From the NCBI RefSeq assembly GCF_000009045.1, contig NC_000964.3, positions 2,852,001 to 2,916,000 on the forward strand: a stretch of 64,000 bases of DNA, read 5' to 3'. The position numbers and the translations under genes were made by a program. Positions 58,012 to 64,000 of the stretch are shown here, piece by piece. Positions within the stretch are counted from its first letter, which is position 1, and each line of letters starts with the position of its first letter. Origin of the DNA: Bacillus subtilis subsp. subtilis str. 168 (GTDB taxonomy: Bacteria > Bacillota > Bacilli > Bacillales > Bacillaceae). The notes under the pieces were generated by a model. The model ran no database searches, was not told the origin of the DNA, and saw only the letters and a list, made by a program, of their open reading frames with translations.

Positions 58012-58746
58012 GGATGATTCCTCCTCAATTAATGTTCCCGCTTCGGTTTCTGTACTTGAACGCACTTCTAACGGCACTTGGTAATTTTTCGCGAACTCAA
58101 CTGCTCTCGGATGAAGAACACCGGCGCCTAAATTGGCAAGCTCAAGCATTTCATCGTATGAGATGCCCTCAAGTTTTCTCGCTGATTTCACATAGCGCGG
58201 ATCGGTTGTAAACACGCCTGGCACGTCTGTGTATATGTCACATTTATCAGCTTTTAAAGCGGCAGCCAAAGCAACTGCTGTTGTATCTGAACCGCCCCGG
58301 CCCAATGTCGTAATTTCACAATCCTCTGTCATGCCTTGGAATCCTGCAACAATGACAATTTTTCCTTTTTCAAGCTGGTCTGCTAAAACCGAAGTGTCGA
58401 TATCTGTAATTCTGGCGTTTCCGTGAATGGCCTCCGTACGGATTCCCGCCTGCCAGCCAGTATAAGACACAGCGTCATAGCCTTTTTCCTGCAATGCCAT
58501 TGAAAGGAGTGAAATCGTGACCTGCTCGCCTGTCGCCAGCAGCATATCCATTTCGCGTTTGCTCGGCTGGTCAGAAATAGCTTTTGCAAGGCTGACCAAT
58601 TCGTCAGTGGATTTTCCCATTGCTGAAACGACGACAACGACTTGATGGCCTTTCTGTTTTTCTGCAATTGCGCGGTTTGCCGCATTTTGAATTTTTTCGA
58701 CTGAGCCGACGGAAGTGCCTCCGAATTTTTGTACAATAAGACCCAT
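57520..58746 (-). CDS. lysC: aspartokinase II alpha subunit
   Basis: VQKFGGTS, GRGGSDTTA, TDVPGV, two ACT domains. Confidence 0.99.
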   Translation of the reverse strand: MGLIVQKFGGTSVGSVEKIQNAANRAIAEKQKGHQVVVVVSAMGKSTDELVSLAKAISDQPSKREMDMLLATGEQVTISLLSMALQEKGYDAVSYTGWQAGIRTEAIHGNARITDIDTSVLADQLEKGKIVIVAGFQGMTEDCEITTLGRGGSDTTAVALAAALKADKCDIYTDVPGVFTTDPRYVKSARKLEGISYDEMLELANLGAGVLHPRAVEFAKNYQVPLEVRSSTETEAGTLIEEESSMEQNLIVRGIAFEDQITRVTIYGLTSGLTTLSTIFTTLAKRNINVDIIIQTQAEDKTGISFSVKTEDADQTVAVLEEYKDALEFEKIETESKLAKVSIVGSGMVSNPGVAAEMFAVLAQKNILIKMVSTSEIKVSTVVSENDMVKAVESLHDAFELSKHPSAV

Positions 58747-58807
58747 GTATTACCACCCTTTACATTTTGGTTCGTGCGGGTGAGGAGAAAGAGCGCTTTG
58801 TCCACAA

Positions 58808-59051
58808 TAAAAAAAGCAATGAGAGGAATACTCTCATTGCTTATCAATTAATCATCATAAATGATTATGAACAACGAGATAGCCCTCCAAGAAAATGATT
58901 TCTTGACAGCCTTACATTTATTCAATGCACGGCCAGCAAATAATACCGATGGGGTTTTATTTGCTTCGGCGACGCTCCCCTTTCAGCCTTTTTCACAGAA
59001 TCCATCTTTCTCCAAAGGCATACTCTTGAAGTTCGCACCTCTATCTTCACC
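58808..59051 (-). ncRNA. lysine riboswitch (L-box) plus terminator
   Basis: GAAGATAGAGGTGCG...CTATCTC P1, AAAGGGGA, CGCCGAAG, GGCTGTC motifs; terminator AAGCAATGAGAG/CTCTCATTGCTT-T. Confidence 0.95.
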
Positions 59052-59084
59052 ATATAACACGATCTAACTATGAAATTAGTTCAC

Positions 59085-59113
59085 ATTTTATCAGATCTTA
59101 TTTAAAAGGACAA
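59085..59113 (-). promoter_or_regulatory. sigmaA promoter of lysC (abuts uvrC stop)
   Basis: TTGTCC-N17-TAAAAT. Confidence 0.8.
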
Positions 59114-59115
59114 CA

Positions 59116-60888
59116 TTATTTTTGCAATTTGTCGTAAAGGAGCTGAGCCGCCGCTGCGGGAACACCGGCTTTTTTGATGTCCTCAAGGCTTGCTTCCTTC
59201 ATTTTTTTAACGGAACCGAAATGCTTTAACAGCATTTTCTTTCTTTTCTCTCCGATACCCGGGATGTCGTCCAAAACGGATTGAAACGCGCTTTTTCCCC
59301 GGATTTGCCTGTGAAAACTGATTGCAAAACGGTGCACCTCGTCCTGAATGCGCTGCAGGAGGTAAAATTCCTGGCTGTTTCGTTCCAGATACGCCACCTC
59401 CAGCGGATCACCGATCAGTAAATTTGAGGTTCTGTGTTTTTCATCTTTCGCTAAACCGGCGATCGGGATATCCAAGCCGAGTTCATTTTCAATGACATCC
59501 CTTGCTGCGTTGATCTGCCCTTTTCCTCCGTCAATGATAATCAGATCGGGCAGCGGCAGATTCTCACGAAGCACTCTCGTATAGCGTCTTCTGACAACCT
59601 CTCTCATAGAACCGTAATCATCCGGCCCTGTAACAGTTTTGATTTTATATTTGCGGTATTCCTTTTTGTATGGTTTGCCATCGATAAACACAATCATCGC
59701 GGAAACCGGGTTTGTCCCCTGTATATTTGAGTTATCAAACGCTTCAATTCTGTGCGGCGTATAAATATTTAATGCCTCACCTAGTTTCTGCACTGCCCCG
59801 ATTGAACGCTCCTCGTCCCGTTCGATTAAAGAGAATTTTTCTTTCAATGCGATTTTCGCATTTTTATGGGCAAGCATGAGCAGTTCTTTTTTCGGGCCTT
59901 TTTTCGGCTGGTGAACGTTTGTTTCCAGTAGCTGCTCGATCATAGATTGATCTATGCTGTCCGGAACTAAAATCTCCTTCGGAAGGAAGTGGTTGTTTTT
60001 TGAATAGAACTGCCCGATGAACGTGAGGAACTCTTCATCTGCTTCCTGATAAAGCGGGAACATGCTGACATCGCGTTCAATGAGCTTTCCTTGGCGGATG
60101 AAAAAGACCTGCACGCACATCCAGCCCTTATCGTACGCGTACGCGAACACATCACGGTCGACTAGATCGTTCATCGTCATTTTTTGTTTTTCCATCGTTG
60201 ATTCAATATGGGCAATTTGGTCACGAAGCTCTTTTGCTCGTTCAAACTCAAGATTCTCAGCAGCTTCATGCATTTTCTCTTCAAGCTCTTTTTTGACCTC
60301 ATTATAGCCGCCCCTTAAGAAACGTGTAATGCTTTCAACCAGCTCTCTGTTCGTCTCTTCGGAAATATCCTTTACACACGGAGCAAGGCATTGGCCCAGA
60401 TGATAGTAAAGGCACACTCTGTCCGGGAGCTTGGAGCATTTTCTGAGAGGATACAGACGGTCGAGCAGTTTTTTTGTTTCCCTTGCTGCCTGTACATTCG
60501 GATACGGCCCGAAATAGCGCCCTTTGTCTTTTTTGACATTGCGGGTGACAATCAGCCTTGGGTGGCGTTCATGGGTGAGTTTTATGAAAGGATAGGTTTT
60601 GTCGTCTTTGAGCATGACGTTGTATTTCGGATCATGCTTTTTGATCAGATTCATTTCTAAAATAAGCGCTTCAAGATTGGAGGACGTCACAATATATTCA
60701 AAATCCTCGATTTCCGTCACAAGCCTTTGGGTTTTCGCGTCGTGAGAACCGGTGAAGTAGGAGCGCACTCTGTTTTTCAGCACTTTTGCTTTCCCTACGT
60801 AGATCACAGTCTGCTGCCGGTCCTTCATGAGATAACAACCCGGTTGATCAGGAAGGAGGGCGAGTTTTTCTTTCAGTTGTTTGTTCAT
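59116..60888 (-). CDS. uvrC: excinuclease ABC subunit C
   Basis: GIY-YIG (GCYLM..IYVGKAK), UVR domain, RNaseH-like DNS..DGG, HhH GIGEKR. Confidence 0.99.
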   Translation of the reverse strand: MNKQLKEKLALLPDQPGCYLMKDRQQTVIYVGKAKVLKNRVRSYFTGSHDAKTQRLVTEIEDFEYIVTSSNLEALILEMNLIKKHDPKYNVMLKDDKTYPFIKLTHERHPRLIVTRNVKKDKGRYFGPYPNVQAARETKKLLDRLYPLRKCSKLPDRVCLYYHLGQCLAPCVKDISEETNRELVESITRFLRGGYNEVKKELEEKMHEAAENLEFERAKELRDQIAHIESTMEKQKMTMNDLVDRDVFAYAYDKGWMCVQVFFIRQGKLIERDVSMFPLYQEADEEFLTFIGQFYSKNNHFLPKEILVPDSIDQSMIEQLLETNVHQPKKGPKKELLMLAHKNAKIALKEKFSLIERDEERSIGAVQKLGEALNIYTPHRIEAFDNSNIQGTNPVSAMIVFIDGKPYKKEYRKYKIKTVTGPDDYGSMREVVRRRYTRVLRENLPLPDLIIIDGGKGQINAARDVIENELGLDIPIAGLAKDEKHRTSNLLIGDPLEVAYLERNSQEFYLLQRIQDEVHRFAISFHRQIRGKSAFQSVLDDIPGIGEKRKKMLLKHFGSVKKMKEASLEDIKKAGVPAAAAQLLYDKLQK

Positions 60889-60932
60889 ATGTTACCCTTC
60901 CTTATGTTTAATCCTTTATTTCCAGTTTAACA

Positions 60933-60946
60933 CGAACGTTTGTTTT
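60933..60946. promoter_or_regulatory. SOS (LexA/DinR) box upstream of uvrC
   Basis: CGAACGTTTGTTTT vs CGAAC-N4-GTTYC; adjacent to extended -10 TGtTAAACT. Confidence 0.62.
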
Positions 60947-60971
60947 TCTCTATGGTTCACAATTGGCGAAT

Positions 60972-61001
60972 AAAAAAAGCGATCCCTCAATCGGAATCGC
61001 T
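60972..61001 (-). terminator. terminator after trxA
   Basis: AGCGATTCC-gattga-GGGATCGC-T7. Confidence 0.85.
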
Positions 61002-61023
61002 CTGGCATGTAAGCAGCGGAAAA

Positions 61024-61338
61024 TTAAAGATGTTTGTTTACAAGCTCTTGAAGCGCTTCTTTTGGTTTGAAGCCGACTGAAGTTTCAACTACTTCGCCGT
61101 CTTTTAACACAAGAAGAGTCGGGATGCTCATAACGCCGTATTTTCCGGCAGTTTCTTGGTTTTCGTCTACATCGATTTTTACGATTTTCAGTTTGTCTCC
61201 CATTTCTTGATCCAATTCTTCAAGAACAGGTGCAATCATTTTACAAGGTCCGCACCAAGGAGCCCAGAAGTCTGCCAGTACGACGCCTTCGCTTGTTTCA
61301 GCTGAGAAAGATTGATCAGTTGCTTTTACGATAGCCAT
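61024..61338 (-). CDS. trxA: thioredoxin
   Basis: WCGPCK, MSIPTL; start MAIVKA behind GGAGG. Confidence 0.99.
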
Positions 61339-61372
61339 TATTGAATTCCTCCAATGTGAAATGATGATTTTT

Positions 61373-61411
61373 AGTATAGCATCTCCCATTCGTTCACGCT
61401 ATTTTAATGCT
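61373..61411 (-). promoter_or_regulatory. sigmaA (Spx-activated type) promoter of trxA
   Basis: TAGCGT-N17-TATACT with AGCA element just upstream of -35. Confidence 0.7.
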
Positions 61412-61482
61412 TACAAATTATTTTTTCCTGATCACAGCCGGTTTACTCATTTTTATATGGTTGAATGGGATATGCTCTTTTT

Positions 61483-61554
61483 TTAAAACACAAATCTGAT
61501 AATGGCCCCGATCACTACAATTGCCCCAATAATCATTAAAATGGTACGAAGCAT
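61483..61554 (-). CDS. candidate 23-aa hydrophobic small protein MLRTILMIIGAIVVIGAIIRFVF
   Basis: SD GAAGAGGAGATGTGATC, ATG start, TAA stop, single TM-length hydrophobic core flanked by Arg; lies just downstream of a sigmaB promoter. Confidence 0.62.
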   Translation of the reverse strand: MLRTILMIIGAIVVIGAIIRFVF

Positions 61555-61591
61555 AAGATCACATCTCCTCTTCACTGTCATGTACTTTACC

Positions 61592-61617
61592 ATGCCCTGC
61601 CGGAGCTGTTTTAAAAC
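61592..61617 (-). promoter_or_regulatory. sigmaB promoter upstream of the small ORF and trxA
   Basis: GTTTTA-N14-GGGCAT. Confidence 0.78.
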
Positions 61618-61620
61618 CTG

Positions 61621-61654
61621 AAAAAGAGCGCCGGCATGAAGCTCCGGCGCTCTT
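61621..61654 (-). terminator. terminator after xsa
   Basis: AAGAGCGCCGG-agcttcatg-CCGGCGCTC-TTTTT. Confidence 0.85.
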
Positions 61655-61660
61655 GCGCGA

Positions 61661-63148
61661 TTAAGAATCAGCACGCAGCGTAAGTAAGACGACTGACATT
61701 GGCGGGAGTTTTACTTTCAGTTTGTTTTTGCTGAGCGTGTATTGTCTGAAGGATTCCGGTTTGACATGATGAGGATCGTCAAACGTGTTATGCGCATTCA
61801 TTTTTTCTGCCGTAAGAATGACTCCGGAATGGTCCGCTGCCTTGTGTAGGCCCCTCAGCTCGATTTCCGCCTCTGCTTTGTTTTGGTGATCGATGTTGCA
61901 AATTGTGATATTGATATCGCCTTCAGCTTGTTTCGACGCTGAAATGCTGATTTGCGGAAGCGTTTCACCGTTCCATTCATAGTCGGCAGACATTGTCTCT
62001 GTGGCTAAAAGAGAAGCGTCCTGGTGCACCTTAAACATATTGAATACATGGTACGTCGGTGTCAAAAGCATCCGCTCTCCCTCAGTCAAAATCATCGCTT
62101 GAAGAACATTTACTGTTTGGGCGATGTTGGCCATTTGCACCCGGCGGCAATGCTGATGGAAAATGTGGAAATGAGAAGCCGCCACCAGTGCATCACGAAT
62201 GGTGTTTTGCTGATATAAGAAACCGGGATTCGTGCCTGGCTCGGGATCAAACCACGTGCCCCATTCATCAATAATCAGCCCGACCCGCTGCTCCGGATCG
62301 TACCGGTCCATAATCGTGCCGTGTTTTTGAATCAATTCATCGATGTATTTGGCTTTTTTCATCGTAATAAACCATTCATCTTCCGTGAATTCTGTGGCTG
62401 ATCCTTTGCCCTTCCAGAAATCCCCCGGAATCGTGTAATAATGAAGACTCAACCCGTCCATCAGGCCAGCGGCTTTTTTCATAAGCACGTCCGTCCAATT
62501 AAAATCATCCACATTTGCGCCGCCTGCAATTTTATAAATGTCATTCCCGCTGTAATTGCGGACATAAGTCTGAAAACGCCGGTACAGATCTGCGTAGTAT
62601 TCGGGATGCATGTTGCCGCCGCAGCCCCAGTTTTCATTGCCCACGCCGAAATATTTCAGCTTCCAAGGCTCTTCTCTTCCATTTTGCTTTCTCCAGTCTG
62701 ACATCGGCGTGCCTTCTTCAAATGTCATATACTCAATCCACTCCGACATTTCCTGAACGGTTCCGCTTCCGACATTGCCGCAAATATATGGCTCGCATTC
62801 AAGCAGCTCGCAAAGCATCATAAATTCATGCGTTCCGAATTCATTTGATTCAATTGTACCGCCCCAGTGAGTGTTCAGCATTGTCTTACGGTCACCGACA
62901 CCGTTTGCCCAATGGTATTCGTCCGCAAAACACCCGCCCGGCCACCTAAGGACAGGAATGTGCAGCTGTTTGAGCGCCTCCAGCACGTCCTTTCGTATCC
63001 CGTTGATATTGGGGATGTCTGAGTCCGTTCCGACCCAGATCCCCTCATAAATCCCTCTTCCTAAATGCTCAGCAAAATGACCGTATATATTTTTGTTAAT
63101 GGTTCCTTTTGCGATATCTGTTTGAATCACTGCTTGATGTTCAGACAT
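61661..63148 (-). CDS. xsa: alpha-L-arabinofuranosidase, GH51 (Xsa/Abf2)
   Basis: [22 protein letters not shown] acid/base, DEWG nucleophile. Confidence 0.96.
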
Positions 63149-63233
63149 GCCTCTGATCATTCCTTTCATACGGATATGAAAAGCACCACAGTCAAATATG
63201 TGATCTGTCGTTTGCCTGAGGAGTCAGCATGAA

Positions 63234-63319
63234 TGTAAGCGCTTTTAAAGTAACCATATTATATATGTTCGTACATGTCAACGACATTTTCTATTGTTTT
63301 TATATTTGTACGTATGTAT
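63234..63319 (-). promoter_or_regulatory. xsa control region: cre, sigmaA promoter and two AraR operators
   Basis: cre TGTAAGCGCTTTTA (63234-63247); TTGACA-N17-TATGGT (63253-63281); AraR-like ATATGTTCGTACATGT (63263-63278) and ATTTGTACGTATGTAT (63304-63319). Confidence 0.75.
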
Positions 63320-63330
63320 TTATAAATATG

Positions 63331-63357
63331 AAAAAACCCGGACTTTTAAAGTCCGGG
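63331..63357 (-). terminator. terminator after etfA
   Basis: CCCGGACTTT-A-AAAGTCCGGG-T6. Confidence 0.88.
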
Positions 63358-63364
63358 ATTTCCT

Positions 63365-64000
63365 TTATGAGTGTATATTCAGCTGTTTGAATTCCTCAGT
63401 TAATAACGGGACAACTTCAAATAAATCACCGACGATGCCGTAATCCGCTATTTTAAAGATATCGGCTTCGGGGTCTTTATTGATGGCGACGATCACCTTG
63501 CTGTTTGACATGCCGGCCAAATGCTGGATGGCGCCGGAAATGCCGCATGCAATGTACAAATCCGGAGTAACGACTTTCCCGGTCTGCCCGATTTGGAGAG
63601 CATAATCGCAATAATCAGCGTCACATGCCCCGCGAGAAGCCCCGACTGCGGCCCCTAGCACCTCTGCAAGCTCCTGCAGCGGCTGAAATCCTTCCTTGCT
63701 TTTGACTCCTCGGCCGCCCGCAACGATAATTTTCGCTTCGGAGAGATCAACACCGTCCGCCGTTTTTTTCACGACCTCTTGGATAACAGTGCGGAGGTCA
63801 GTAAGAGAAACATCAATGCTTTCGATGCTCCCCGATCTGCTGGTGTCTTTTTCTGAAGCTTGAATGTTATTGGGGCGAATTGTTGCAAAGATCATCGGAT
63901 CGGTTGAAATGACGCGTTCAAAAGCTTTCCCCGAGTAAATCGGCCGTGTGAACACAACATTCCCTCCGGTAACGCTTACATCTATAGCATCAGAAATTAA
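63365..64000 (-). CDS. etfA: electron transfer flavoprotein alpha subunit, 3' part (truncated by window edge)
   Basis: [41 protein letters not shown]. Confidence 0.97.
   Translation of the reverse strand, partial: LISDAIDVSVTGGNVVFTRPIYSGKAFERVISTDPMIFATIRPNNIQASEKDTSRSGSIESIDVSLTDLRTVIQEVVKKTADGVDLSEAKIIVAGGRGVKSKEGFQPLQELAEVLGAAVGASRGACDADYCDYALQIGQTGKVVTPDLYIACGISGAIQHLAGMSNSKVIVAINKDPEADIFKIADYGIVGDLFEVVPLLTEEFKQLNIHS

Noticed and set aside
58748-58765. AAGGGTGGTAATAC before lysC resembles a T-box core
   Set aside because: Lacks ACCGCG, stem I and antiterminator; it is simply the lysC SD
58922-59050. Short ORF in the lysC leader (...[23 protein letters not shown]), a possible attenuator peptide
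   Set aside because: It coincides with the lysine aptamer, which explains the regulation; no lysine-codon cluster or clear SD

Overview
Core chromosomal region of Bacillus subtilis. The protein sequences and gene order match what I recall of strain 168, from pheA/obg to etfA; this is recognition from memory, not a database search. About 63 genes, nearly all on the minus strand, in this order: spo0B-obg-thrR-pheA, rplU-prp-rpmA, spoIVFAB, maf-radC-mreBCD-minCD, spoIIB, comC, valS-folC, spoVID-ysxE, hemAXCDBL, tig-clpX-lonB-lonA-engB, ysoA, ilvBHC-leuABCD, ysnDEF, tRNA-Arg(UCU), rph-rdgB-ysnB, gerM, ysmB-racE, gerE, sdhCAB, yslB, lysC, uvrC, trxA, xsa and partial etfA. I corrected many ORF-track starts using Shine-Dalgarno (SD) position. 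Regulatory RNAs are two T-box leaders (Val, Leu), a lysine riboswitch and an L21 leader. Promoters for sigmaA, B, E, F, H, K and M and sites for PerR, ComK, TnrA, CcpA, LexA and AraR can be read from the sequence. I found no IS element, prophage, integrase, CRISPR array or frameshifted gene. The best novelty candidate is a 23-codon hydrophobic small ORF with a strong SD. It is the first cistron of the sigmaB transcript that continues into trxA. Next are several unexplained perfect palindromes (on the spo0B -35, beside the tRNA-Arg UP element, and between sdhC and yslB), a tRNA whose encoded CCA is displaced by 2 nt, and a terminator-less convergent yszA/ysxE junction.
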